Below the pieces are notes generated by a model that saw nothing but the letters and a program-made list of their open reading frames with translations, was not told the origin of the DNA and searched no databases. Shown here piece by piece: positions 10,328 through 20,398 of a stretch of DNA of 64,000 nt (position 1 is its first letter; each line of letters starts with the position of its first letter). A program made the position numbers and the translations under genes. This DNA comes from Longimicrobiales bacterium. GTDB taxonomy: Bacteria > Gemmatimonadota > Gemmatimonadetes > Longimicrobiales > Gaopeijiaceae. The stretch lies in the NCBI GenBank assembly GCA_965226375.1, contig CBDDCX010000008.1, positions 1,248,001 through 1,312,000 of the forward strand. The letters run 5' to 3'.

Positions 10328-11280
10328 GACTCTTCAACTTCTTCCTTGAGCGGCTGCCGACGATCCACTGCGTAGACCGATCCGGGTAGCGACTTGGTGT
10401 AGGTCTTCATTTCCGCAGCCAACTCACTCACCTGTGCGGTGTGCGTGAACGGCTGGATCTGGTTGGTTACGACCCCGACCGAAAGCGTCATGAGGGGTAC
10501 TCTACGGATACTACCGCGGCGGTCCTTTCCAAGGAAGTAGCCCGCCCGTCGATCCTCGATCGTGTACTGGTAGGGGATCAACTCATCGAAGAGATAGATG
10601 ATTTCGTCACAGCAATGCTCCAAGTACTGAACGTTGACGATATAGATGAAGTCGTCACCCCCGATGTGTCCGACAAAGCCACCGGGAGCCAATCCCCGAA
10701 CCACGTCGCGCAGGATGCGAGACAGAAGCAGAATGACGTGGTCTCCATGGTTGTACCCGTAGCGGTCGTTGAACTCCTTGAAGTTGTCCAGATCCGCATA
10801 ACAAACCGCGAAGGCCTCATCGCGCATCAACCGCTCACCTATATCCCGTTCGATCTGCACGGTACCCGGGAGGCGAGTGGTCGGGTGAACCGCGACGTCC
10901 CTCTGAGCACGGCGCACCACCGACTCGAACCTCAAGCTTTGCTCTCTGTCCGAGCCTGTCTGCGAGACCACCTCGTCGGCGCCCGCCGCCAGACAATCCG
11001 CCGCCAATTCGTTCTCATTAGTGGGAATGAGGAGAATGACCGGAACGATGGCCGTGAAGGTGTCGCCTTTCACCTGCGAACAGAGCTCGAGCACGGGCCC
11101 AGGGTCGTCGCCGCTGGCGAGGACCAGGCACGAAGGAAACGATCGGTTCAGGAGGGCATGGACGCTGTCTGCGCCCTCTACCACCTCGAGCTCATAGTCG
11201 TGCTCACGGCAGAACCGGCTCAGTAGATCCGGTTCCGTGGTTGGGCCTGATGACGAGTAGACGATCGTGCGTGCGGCCAT
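10324..11280 (-). CDS. Receiver-like + GGDEF (GGDDF) diguanylate cyclase-family protein
   Basis: DLDNFKEFNDRYG…GHIGGDDF; degenerate REC-like N-terminus. Confidence 0.88.
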   Translation of the reverse strand: MAARTIVYSSSGPTTEPDLLSRFCREHDYELEVVEGADSVHALLNRSFPSCLVLASGDDPGPVLELCSQVKGDTFTAIVPVILLIPTNENELAADCLAAGADEVVSQTGSDREQSLRFESVVRRAQRDVAVHPTTRLPGTVQIERDIGERLMRDEAFAVCYADLDNFKEFNDRYGYNHGDHVILLLSRILRDVVRGLAPGGFVGHIGGDDFIYIVNVQYLEHCCDEIIYLFDELIPYQYTIEDRRAGYFLGKDRRGSIRRVPLMTLSVGVVTNQIQPFTHTAQVSELAAEMKTYTKSLPGSVYAVDRRQPLKEEVEES

Positions 11281-11343
11281 GCTACCTTGGAATTCTATGG
11301 ATTGGAGGGACTTTTTGAGCTTAGTCCCGGAGCTTGACGCTTG

Positions 11344-13473
11344 TCAACGACGAATTGGTTTCGAGTCCACCAGAACGAAGTCGATGAACCGCTCCAGCTT
11401 GTCGACCCGCGATACCCGTACAGCCAACCGGTCCCCTAGCCGGAAGGTCCGCTGTGAACGCTCACCGACCAGTCGGTAGCTGTGTTCCTGAAACGCATAG
11501 TAGTCGTCCATCATACTATTTACATGAACGAGTCCCTCTACGAAAACCTCATCCAGCAGCACGAACAGACCGAACGATGTCACACCCGCGATCGTACCCG
11601 TAAATTCGTCACCCAGGTGCCTCTCCATATACTCGGCCTTTTTCAGATCGACGCTCTCCCGCTCGGCTGCTTCGGCCACTCTCTCTCGCATGCTACAACG
11701 CTCGGCCTTTCCCTTCAGCGCTTCTCCACCCCAATCCTCCGGGACCGGCCGCTCCTCGATCAGGGCTCGATTGAGAACCCGGTGCAACCACAGGTCCGGA
11801 TACCGCCGAATCGGTGACGTGAAGTGTGTGTAATGGGTCGCCGCCAACCCGAAGTGACCCAAATTCGCCGGATCGTACCGAGCGCGACTCATGGCGCGAA
11901 GCACTACCGTGGAAACGAGTCGACCCTCGGGGGTTCCCTGGACCTTGTCGAGCAACGTCTGTAGCTCTTTCGGCCCGACCGCACCTTTCGACGTCCTGAG
12001 CCCCAACCGCTTCAAGAACGACTTCAGCTCCAGCATCTTGTCCGGCGTGGGCGATTCGTGGACCCGGTACAACACCGGAAGCCCCGCGTCCTCAGCTCGG
12101 CGAGCGATGATCTCGTTGGCCAGCAGCATGAAGTCCTCCACGAGGCGATGACTCTCGAGCCGTTCGACGCGCTGGATTTCGACCGGTTCACCCGCCTCCC
12201 CCAGCACCACACGCGCCTCGGGCAAATCGAAGTCCAGCGCCCCTCGCTCTTCTCGCCGAGCTCGGAGAACTCGGGCGAGCCGTGCCAGGTCGGCCAACGC
12301 CCCGTCGGTCACGGGGTCTATCGAGAGGTCACCGTCCAGGACGGACTGCGCCTCTTCATAGCTGACCTTGTGCCGGCTTCGAATTCGTGTGCGCTCGATA
12401 CGGGCGTCCTGCACTACACCTGAGCTGTCGAGCGTCGCGAAGACGGACATTGCGAAACGGTCCACGTCAGGAAGCAGAGAACACGCGTCCGTAGACAGAG
12501 CGTGGGGCAACATCGGAATCACCCTGTCGACCAGATAGACACTGGTCGCACGCTTGAGGGCTTCCAGATCGACGGGATCACCCGCCTGTACAAAGTGCGA
12601 AACGTCGGCGATGTGAATGCCGACCTCCACAGACCCCTTTCCGATCCGCCGGATGGACAAGGCGTCGTCATGATCCTTCGCGTCGGCAGGGTCGATGGTG
12701 AACGCGTGGACGTCTGTTCTGTCGACCCGTCGCTCACCGGCATCCGCACGACGTCGAGCCACGGCGTCGTCCGCGTATCGCTCCACCTCGTGCGGGAACT
12801 CCATGGGCAAGCTGTGGCCGTGGATCACGGCAAGGACGTCCACACCCGGATCCCCGGTCTTGCCAAGAACCGTCTCGATCGTACCCGTCGGGTTCATCTT
12901 GCCGCTTCCGAACGTCGTAATCCGCACCACGACGACGTCTCCTTCGCCGGCTCCGTTCTCCTGGCCCTGCACGACGAGGACCTCTCGGTGGATCTTCCGA
13001 TTCTGAGGATGGACCACACCGAACGAACGTGTGGACCGATACGTGCCGACCAGAGTCTCGTGGGCCCGCTCCAGTACCTTGATGACTCGACCGACCGGGC
13101 TCCGCCCACGGGGACGGCGTTCCACCCGGGTCACGACCTGGTCTCCATCCATCGCCGACTCCAGAGACAGCCCGGGCACGAAGACCTCTTGACCACCCGC
13201 ATCCGGTTTGACGAACCCGTCTCCCTTGGAGGTGACCGACAAACGTCCCACAACCAAGTTGATCTTCTCGGGCACCGCGAACCGCTGGCCCTTCACCCGG
13301 TAGAGGCGGCCCCGATCGACCATCCCGAACAGGAAATCACGGAAATCACGGAAATCCTTGGTCTGCACCGAGAGTGCCTTCGCGAGCTCTTTGGCTTTCT
13401 GTGGGCCTCTTCGGGACTGGCTGAGGTGCTGGAGCACCGCCTTTTCGTTGGGGAGCTTGGGGCGACGGGCCAT
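11344..13473 (-). CDS. rnr: Ribonuclease R
   Basis: TIDPADAKDHDDA, HFTSPIRRYPD, C-terminal S1; start trimmed to ATG 13473 (MARRPK). Confidence 0.95.
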   Translation of the reverse strand: MARRPKLPNEKAVLQHLSQSRRGPQKAKELAKALSVQTKDFRDFRDFLFGMVDRGRLYRVKGQRFAVPEKINLVVGRLSVTSKGDGFVKPDAGGQEVFVPGLSLESAMDGDQVVTRVERRPRGRSPVGRVIKVLERAHETLVGTYRSTRSFGVVHPQNRKIHREVLVVQGQENGAGEGDVVVVRITTFGSGKMNPTGTIETVLGKTGDPGVDVLAVIHGHSLPMEFPHEVERYADDAVARRRADAGERRVDRTDVHAFTIDPADAKDHDDALSIRRIGKGSVEVGIHIADVSHFVQAGDPVDLEALKRATSVYLVDRVIPMLPHALSTDACSLLPDVDRFAMSVFATLDSSGVVQDARIERTRIRSRHKVSYEEAQSVLDGDLSIDPVTDGALADLARLARVLRARREERGALDFDLPEARVVLGEAGEPVEIQRVERLESHRLVEDFMLLANEIIARRAEDAGLPVLYRVHESPTPDKMLELKSFLKRLGLRTSKGAVGPKELQTLLDKVQGTPEGRLVSTVVLRAMSRARYDPANLGHFGLAATHYTHFTSPIRRYPDLWLHRVLNRALIEERPVPEDWGGEALKGKAERCSMRERVAEAAERESVDLKKAEYMERHLGDEFTGTIAGVTSFGLFVLLDEVFVEGLVHVNSMMDDYYAFQEHSYRLVGERSQRTFRLGDRLAVRVSRVDKLERFIDFVLVDSKPIRR

Positions 13474-13474
13474 G

Positions 13475-14365
13475 TTACCGTCGCACCTGGAGGACCAGTT
13501 CGATCCCCCGCGTACGTTCGTCCCGCGCCAGGCGCAGCCGAGCGACACTGTGTTCGCCCGCGGCCGCCCTGATCCGAGCCGTGACAAAGCCGTCTACTCC
13601 ACTCAGCAGGTGGTTCGCGATGATCACACCTGCGTACTGCGAGGCACGCCTGAAGTCCTCATCGCTCGATTCGATGAGATCTCGGTACCCCTCCCATTCC
13701 TCCGGTTGACCCGCCCAGGTCCACTCGAAGCGTTCGTCGTAACCCTCGTTCCGGTAGAACGACAAAGCGTCGGCGTACTCTGGATCCCCTGGCCCGGGCG
13801 TGGCCCCAGGTGCAAAAAAAATCTGCATCGCCAACGCCCAGGTCTTTCCGTTGAAGGTCGAGGGATCGGTCTGTGGCTGGAGCCCCGGACCGGACGGATC
13901 GAGATCGAACGCCCCGGATCTCTCGAACTTCTCCATCGCCTCGTAGTACGCGAACTCGCCGTCTACCCGATCCCCCTCGTACGTCCTTGCCTGATCCCAC
14001 GCCAATGTCTGATAGCCGTCCTTGAGGTTCAGTGCCGAGGACCGGGTGCGGCCGTATGCGACCCATGAGACCCCCTCGAGGATCACATAAGCCATCCAAC
14101 GTCGCTGACCCATCTTCCACTGGCTGACTCCAGGAAGCAGAGCCGAATAGAGAAACGCTCTTGCGGGTCCGAGGGTCACCTCATCGCTCTGGATTTCGAT
14201 GCGCCCGCGGCGGAGTGGGGTGGGATGAGAGCCGTGCGCACCCCCACCTCGCACCACACAGCTTCGCATCGGAAGGGAGCGTGCCAACTGATCCGCAACC
14301 GCCGGGCAGTCCGGCGACGCCTGGGCATTTCCAGCCACCGGTACCCACACGAATACGCCGCACAA
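13475..14365 (-). CDS. Hypothetical exported/membrane protein (start uncertain)
   Basis: Long ORF co-oriented between the PorV-like gene and rnr; SALLPGVSQW hydrophobic segment and signal-like N-terminus. Confidence 0.65.
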   Translation of the reverse strand: MCGVFVWVPVAGNAQASPDCPAVADQLARSLPMRSCVVRGGGAHGSHPTPLRRGRIEIQSDEVTLGPARAFLYSALLPGVSQWKMGQRRWMAYVILEGVSWVAYGRTRSSALNLKDGYQTLAWDQARTYEGDRVDGEFAYYEAMEKFERSGAFDLDPSGPGLQPQTDPSTFNGKTWALAMQIFFAPGATPGPGDPEYADALSFYRNEGYDERFEWTWAGQPEEWEGYRDLIESSDEDFRRASQYAGVIIANHLLSGVDGFVTARIRAAAGEHSVARLRLARDERTRGIELVLQVRR

Positions 14366-14411
14366 CGCCGCGATGCGGGCGGTGCGACAGCGGTAGCCAC
14401 CGGACGGCGGT

Positions 14412-15389
14412 CTAGAAGAGGATGCCAAAGGAGACGTGTACGGGTTCGCTCTCGCCCGTAATGGAGCCCGCAAGGTTCTTCGCCAACCCCAATTCAAAGC
14501 GTTCGTAACGCAGGCCCACGCCGATGGCCATACCATCCGCCTGTCCCACCTCGCCCTGAACGTAGCCGGAGCGAACGTAGATGACATCGCCTCTTCCCGC
14601 GGCGAGTTCGGTGCCCAGGTAGTAGGACGGGGTATCCCCCAGATCTCGCCATCGATCCTCGACCTCGGCTCGCACCCAGAGATTGATATCGTCCGTATCC
14701 ACGAAGTGTGTGAGGAAGTTGTAGGCTGCTGAAACGCGGACACGTGACGGTAATGGATCGGACTGCTCCGCGTTCACGACCTGAAAATCGGGGCCCATGT
14801 GGGCCAGCATGGCTCCCAGACGGAGAGGGACCGCGGCAATTGGTTGGCCCTGTACACCGAAGTCCATGGCCCAGCCGGTCGACCGGACACCGGCACCGTC
14901 GCACTGTCCGCGACAACTCAGGTTGAACTGGACGATCTTGAAGTTGAACCCGACATCCAACCAGGCGGTCAAAGACGTGGCGAGCGAGATGATTCCCACG
15001 TGGCTCCGCACGCTGAGGGAACCGCGCACATTGCCCTGGAAGTCGGTGAGGTCCTGGTCCCCCTCGTCGAGGAACTCATAGGAGATTCCGAGTACACCCA
15101 CAGGTTGGCTGACCATCAGTGTGGAGAGAGCGAATCCTTCGCCCACCAGGTGGTCTCCCCTCATGACTACGAGCTGGCTCTTTTCGACGCCGGCCAGGCC
15201 GGCCGGATTCCAGAAGGCGGATTCAGGACTGGGGACCGCGGTCATGGCCCTCCCCAACGCCACTCCGTGTGCACCGACCGGAAGAAGCAGGAAGAGGGCC
15301 CCTTCGTTGGACCCCAACTCGGAATCTTGCCCGTAGAGTCCGGGGGGAAGTGCAAGAGCCAGCAGGGCAGTGATCAGTACCCTAGACAC
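14412..15389 (-). CDS. PorV/PorQ-like outer-membrane beta-barrel protein
   Basis: Signal peptide, FLLLPVGAHGVALG…FWNPAGLA signature, C-terminal Phe; GTG 15389 overlaps the era stop. Confidence 0.8.
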   Translation of the reverse strand: MSRVLITALLALALPPGLYGQDSELGSNEGALFLLLPVGAHGVALGRAMTAVPSPESAFWNPAGLAGVEKSQLVVMRGDHLVGEGFALSTLMVSQPVGVLGISYEFLDEGDQDLTDFQGNVRGSLSVRSHVGIISLATSLTAWLDVGFNFKIVQFNLSCRGQCDGAGVRSTGWAMDFGVQGQPIAAVPLRLGAMLAHMGPDFQVVNAEQSDPLPSRVRVSAAYNFLTHFVDTDDINLWVRAEVEDRWRDLGDTPSYYLGTELAAGRGDVIYVRSGYVQGEVGQADGMAIGVGLRYERFELGLAKNLAGSITGESEPVHVSFGILF

Positions 15390-16323
15390 GATCGCCGTCC
15401 TCCGACGGGACACGCAGCCCCAACTGGCCGAGGTGCTGCCGCTTACGACGCCAGTTCGGCAGCACCTTGATCCAAAGGTCGAGATAGACGGGACGATCGA
15501 TGAACTCCTGGATCTTTTCGCGGGATACACGGCCCAACTCGCGGATGGCTTTTCCCTTATCTCCAACCAGGATGCGCTTCTGCGAGTTCCGCTCTGTGAA
15601 GAGGTTGGCTTGAATGTACACCGGATCCTGATCCTCGCGGAACTCCTCCACCACGGCGAAGATGGAGTACGGAATTTCTTCTCTGAACTGCTCGAAGACC
15701 GTCTCGCGAATGAATTCTGCGACAAAGAAGCGAACCGGAGCGGAGGCGATATCGTCCTCCGGATACAAGAACGGGCCTTCCGGGAGCGCCCCTGCCAACT
15801 CCGACCACAACTCCTCGACTCCTCTGTCCCGTAAAGCCGAGATCCCCCTCGCTTCTGCGCCGAGCTCCGACTCGGCCCAGTGAGCTGCGGCTGCGATGTT
15901 GTCCGGGGCCGCGGCGTCGATCTTGTTGATCACCACGAACTTGGGCGCGGAAGACGTATCAAGCGCTTCGACGATCGCGGTCTTTTCCTTTTCATGGAGC
16001 GGGTCTGTCGCGTCCACTAACAGCACAATGACGTCCGCCTCCCGAATGGCCTCGAGAGCCTCTTCGAGCATGCCTCTCTGGAGAAGATCCTTGGCCACAA
16101 GTAAGCCGGGCGTATCCAGAAACACCGCCTGCACGTTTTCGGTCGTGCGGATGCCCGTCACCCGCTGCCAGGTCGTCTGAGCCTTGGCCGTCACGATGCT
16201 CAGCTTCTGGCCGATCAGCTGATTCATCAGCGTGGACTTGCCGGCGTTGGGCCGTCCGATCAACGCGATGTACCCGGTACGCCGCTGGGGGCCTGTTTCC
16301 TCGGGGGTCGACTCTTCACTCAT
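15382..16323 (-). CDS. era: GTPase Era
   Basis: GRPNAGKST, DTPG, NKID, KH domain; start trimmed to MSEES. Confidence 0.96.
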   Translation of the reverse strand: MSEESTPEETGPQRRTGYIALIGRPNAGKSTLMNQLIGQKLSIVTAKAQTTWQRVTGIRTTENVQAVFLDTPGLLVAKDLLQRGMLEEALEAIREADVIVLLVDATDPLHEKEKTAIVEALDTSSAPKFVVINKIDAAAPDNIAAAAHWAESELGAEARGISALRDRGVEELWSELAGALPEGPFLYPEDDIASAPVRFFVAEFIRETVFEQFREEIPYSIFAVVEEFREDQDPVYIQANLFTERNSQKRILVGDKGKAIRELGRVSREKIQEFIDRPVYLDLWIKVLPNWRRKRQHLGQLGLRVPSEDGDRV

Positions 16324-16469
16324 CGAGGAAAGATGACACAGGTGGGAGCCCGAGGGAACAGCAGCGTGGGCTGGATCCGTGCCCACCTGAGGCATGCCAG
16401 GGCACCATCTAACAGGTTGTCGATACTGCGCTTGCGTATCGTGGTATTATGTGTTTTCTCGCAGCACGA

Positions 16470-17552
16470 CTACCTGGAAATCAGCTCGATGACCACACCC
16501 TGTCCCGCGTATACCCCTTCGGCTCCGGCCCCGATTCGACGAATCTCATGGACGTCGGTAACGGGCCGGTCGCGAAGGAGCTGTACGGACTCAGTCCAGG
16601 ATTCCCCATCGAGGAAGAGCGTGTCCCAGCGCTCCCCGTCAACGAAGAGCGTGACCAACAGCTCACCTCCGTTCAGCCACGCCGGACGCTCGAGACGGAT
16701 GAGGTCGTACACGGAAAGGCCCTCGCCTCGAGCGGCGATGTTCTCTTGCGTAATCCGCTCCACAATGACGATCGACTGCTCAGGGGGATTTTCCAGTGAC
16801 CTGCGCGTCGGGACTCTGGCCCACGCGCTTGGGCTGAGACTGATGCCCGCCTGGAACGAGAGAGCATTGTGCTTGCGCGAGTATACATCGTCGTACGGAG
16901 CCTCATCGAACTCGCTCATCATTCTGGTATAGCGCACGTCGAGAACCAGCTTTGTCGACCCCGTGCCGAAGTCGATGCCCATCCCGATCGTGCCACCGAC
17001 ATCCACGCCCTTCGTCTCGTGTTGCACCTGAATCGCGACCGGCGGTGACATGAGCTCCACAACACAACCCGCACAGGCCGAATGCATCCCTTCCGGCCCC
17101 ACGCCGGTCGCCTGGGCCGAACCGAGGAAGGCGACCACCGGTCCGGTAAAGAGGCTCAGCGAGGGTGAGGACCGTCTGGATCCCAACCGATACTCTAGGA
17201 GCGCCACGACATCGAAGTAGTTGTAGGCCCACACACCCTCGGTCACAGCACCGAGGAGAGCTTCTTCCTTTGCTCCTCTCTTCGAGTAGTTGACTTCGGG
17301 CTGAAACGAGAAGGCACCCCCAAAATCCAGTTGGAGAAACACTCCCAAAGTGGTCGTGTTCAGGCTCTCGGCCTCGCCTATGGCTTGGCCGTGGAAATTC
17401 GAGACGTTCAGACCGCCCTTCATTCCGATATTTGCGGCGGTGATTTGTGCCGACAACGGCGTTGAGATCAGAGGATGCGTCATGCACAGCCCGATCAGGA
17501 GAACCAGGGACCCGCGAAGCAGAGACCGTAACGATAGAATCGAATTCGTCAT
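16470..17552 (-). CDS. Porin-family (PorT-like) small beta-barrel with C-terminal plug-like extension
   Basis: Signal peptide, GMKGGLNVS…FSFQPEVNYSKRGA, then ITQENI…YDLIRLERPAWL…GVVIELISR. Confidence 0.7.
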   Translation of the reverse strand: MTNSILSLRSLLRGSLVLLIGLCMTHPLISTPLSAQITAANIGMKGGLNVSNFHGQAIGEAESLNTTTLGVFLQLDFGGAFSFQPEVNYSKRGAKEEALLGAVTEGVWAYNYFDVVALLEYRLGSRRSSPSLSLFTGPVVAFLGSAQATGVGPEGMHSACAGCVVELMSPPVAIQVQHETKGVDVGGTIGMGIDFGTGSTKLVLDVRYTRMMSEFDEAPYDDVYSRKHNALSFQAGISLSPSAWARVPTRRSLENPPEQSIVIVERITQENIAARGEGLSVYDLIRLERPAWLNGGELLVTLFVDGERWDTLFLDGESWTESVQLLRDRPVTDVHEIRRIGAGAEGVYAGQGVVIELISR

Positions 17553-17568
17553 TTCATTCTCCGGTTGA

Positions 17569-19413
17569 TCAATGCACGTACCCGCTCGTCCAAAGGACGA
17601 CTGCGCCGCAGGGACTCGCTGACTCGGTCATCCACTCGGGAATTCCAGCCTGACCCGGGTATACCTCGACGGCCGTGACATCCACAACGTCGAGGCCGTT
17701 CTGCCAGCCCGAATTCCCCTGGCCGCCCACCTGCACAACCGCGTGGTCGATACTCACGCTAGGGCGACACGTCATCAATCTCGGCCCGCGCGTCGAGAAC
17801 ACGTCGAAAGAGGACGCTTCCGGTACTCGGGTCACCTGGACCCCATTCATGCCCCGGAGTAGCTCCGCGATATCGCGGGCCGGTGTTGCCGCGAGATCCT
17901 CCGGTGTCCGGACCTGACCGAACCCGATCGCCTCTCGTCGATAAAACCCCACCCGGGCCAGGGACCGCGCTTGTTCTTCGCCGACGGATTCATTGGTGGC
18001 CAACAGAGCCGGGCTGACTTGTAGACGGAGCCCCGCCATGACGTCCTGGCCTTTTGCGAGCGCGAAGGTGTCCGTTGTGGCAGGAGCGTAGCCCACTCGT
18101 GTAGCGCGTAGTCGGTAGGCCCCAGGATTGGGCAACCGAAGGACGAAGCGGCCATCCTCATCGGTGATGGTCCGGCCGACGACACTGTCCCGGCGAGCCA
18201 GCAAGGTGACGTCGGCCCTCTGCAGCGGGACGCCCGATTCATCGTCGCGAACCGTGCCCCGCACCGATTGGGCCGAGGCGAACTCTTGAGGCGCGGGGGT
18301 GGCTCCCAGCGAGCGGCGGAGCGGCTCCGGGTCAAAGTCCCGGATTTCGAGAATCTCTCCTCCCGTTTCCTTGAGGCTCTTCATGACGAGTCCCAAGAAA
18401 CGCCCGCTGTCATTCTCGATTCTTGTCATATGCGGCATTCGGATGAACCACCTCCGGACGATCCAACTGCCGCCGGGTAGACGCTCAAAGTCGATCCGCC
18501 CGCCGATGGGTGCGTCCCCGACCTCCGCTGGCAGGTCCGTATATCGGTACTCCAGGTAACGAAGTTCGGCCGTGCGTTCATCGAGCCAGAGCGTACCTGT
18601 TACGTCCGGGTGCTCGATCTCTGGAGTCGGCTCGAACCGTAGACCGACCGGACCGGACCGACTCGTCCGGTCCCGCTCGACTCGGAAACAATGACCGTTG
18701 AGGAACTCGTCGGAGAGGAGGACCTCGGCGTCGGGCCCGAAGTACCGGACAACCCCGAGCGAATCGGATTGCACGTACCCGCTGCGCTGAAGATCCTCTA
18801 CCGGGCGGCTCCTTATCGGGTTGCCATGGGTGGCGGAGAACGTATACATGTCGTTCACACGAGCGACTCCCAGAGAGCCAGGCCGGAGTTCCTGAGAGTA
18901 TTGCCTTACACGGAAACTGTAGAGGCGGCTAGAACCGGTCAGCACCGCTGCGGTGAGGGCCTTACGGGCCTCACGCCAGAGCTGGTCCGTAGGCTCGCCG
19001 GATCCGTATTCCAGGTCACATCTGCTTTCACCCGTCACGACAAGCCCCTCGAGCGGAACGGCCGCGGTGCTGGCCTCGAGCAGAATCTCGATCGTTTGGC
19101 CCTGGCCTAACTCGAAGATCTCTGAAGTGGAGTCGGCGAACCCGATGCGCTGCGACCTGACTTGGAACCTGCCCGTGTCGAGAGAATGGAGTCGGAACTC
19201 GCCATTTTCATCGCTCAACACACGGGCCACCGGAAGACCGTCCTCCTGCAGCAACCAGACGATCGCACCCTCCACACCACTCTCACTATCCTGCCCGATG
19301 AGGCGCCCGGTCACCGCCTGTGACGTCAGTGAGGATGGGGCGAGGATGGCCATACCGGTACAGAGGGCCACCACACGGGATACGACGAAACGTGAGTCGG
19401 TCAGGCGACGCAT
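17569..19413 (-). CDS. Exported protein with two carboxypeptidase-regulatory-like domains and a C-terminal plug-like domain
   Basis: VTGRLIG…SDENGEF…QRIGFA, repeated as VRGTVRD…TDEDGRF…TRVGYA; ends AVEVYPG…PCGAVVLWT. Confidence 0.8.
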   Translation of the reverse strand: MRRLTDSRFVVSRVVALCTGMAILAPSSLTSQAVTGRLIGQDSESGVEGAIVWLLQEDGLPVARVLSDENGEFRLHSLDTGRFQVRSQRIGFADSTSEIFELGQGQTIEILLEASTAAVPLEGLVVTGESRCDLEYGSGEPTDQLWREARKALTAAVLTGSSRLYSFRVRQYSQELRPGSLGVARVNDMYTFSATHGNPIRSRPVEDLQRSGYVQSDSLGVVRYFGPDAEVLLSDEFLNGHCFRVERDRTSRSGPVGLRFEPTPEIEHPDVTGTLWLDERTAELRYLEYRYTDLPAEVGDAPIGGRIDFERLPGGSWIVRRWFIRMPHMTRIENDSGRFLGLVMKSLKETGGEILEIRDFDPEPLRRSLGATPAPQEFASAQSVRGTVRDDESGVPLQRADVTLLARRDSVVGRTITDEDGRFVLRLPNPGAYRLRATRVGYAPATTDTFALAKGQDVMAGLRLQVSPALLATNESVGEEQARSLARVGFYRREAIGFGQVRTPEDLAATPARDIAELLRGMNGVQVTRVPEASSFDVFSTRGPRLMTCRPSVSIDHAVVQVGGQGNSGWQNGLDVVDVTAVEVYPGQAGIPEWMTESASPCGAVVLWTSGYVH

Positions 19414-19475
19414 TTCAGTTGCCAACACTTCCCGGTAAATGGCCTACCAAAGTCTCGATCGTAATTGCAGATCGA

Positions 19476-20250
19476 TCACCGTATATAGCCCGTCGTCCAA
19501 ATGACGACCGCACCACACGGACTGCGGGATCCGGCCAACCATATAGGCAAGCCGGCGGGACCAGCATACACCTCTATGGCCGCAACATTCAGAACATTGA
19601 CCGAAGACGACCAGCCCGTACCACTTCGGTTTCGGCCACCCGTTTGCACCACCTGGCCATTGATCGCCACGCTCATGCGACACGGTATCCCTCGTGTCGA
19701 GAAAACGTCGAAATCATCCAGACCGCCTCGAACGACTCCGACCCCCGGAATGCCCCTGAATAGATCATCGAGCGTATGCAGACCGGGCTTTCTCGCTAGC
19801 TCCTCCGGCGACATGAGGTGGCCAAATCCAATCGCTTCACGTCTATAGAACCCGACCCGAGCCAAGGACAGGTTCTGCCCCTCCACGATGGCCGCGAGGG
19901 GGTCCAGCAGTATCGGACTGGGTTGCAGACGCAGCTCCGCGAGAGCGTCCTGTCCGGGCTCGAGCACGAACTCGCCGGATATCGCGGGCAAATAGCCGAT
20001 GCGTGTAGCCCGTAGACGGTACGAACCGGCATCCGGCAAGCGAATGGCGAACCGCCCACGATCGTCGGTGATGTACTCGCTTAGGATGCTGTCATTCGAG
20101 TTCACCAGAGCGACACCGGCCGTCTCTATCGGAAACGCCCCACTCGTCGTCCAAGACCCTGCCCTCGATGGTCTGAGCCCAGGTGGGCGAGGCGGGTGAG
20201 CACAGGAACGCCAATAGCCATCCAGTCGCAAAGCGGGTCGTACGTCGCAT
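19476..20250 (-). pseudogene. Carboxypeptidase-regulatory-like + plug-like protein with +1 frameshift (or sequencing error)
   Basis: ATG 20250 gives MRRTTRF…AQTIEGRVLDDEWGV. An extra base near 20133-20135 separates it from PIETAGVALV…PCGAVVIWT. Paralog of the C-terminal half of 17569-19413. Confidence 0.75.
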
Positions 20251-20398
20251 CCTCACCGCCTTCTCCGAAGCCGTCGATTCAACACCGGACTCACCTGGAG
20301 CGGGTGTCGGCAAGATGTATGCCGACGACCATACCCTGGAATACCGCCCCTTTGTTGGTTCCACAGCCGTCTAGGGTAGTGTCGCGATATTTGTGTAA

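Noticed and set aside
13333..13356. GAAATCACG repeat in rnr
   Set aside because: In-frame coding repeat (DFRDFRDF), with no sign of phase variation.
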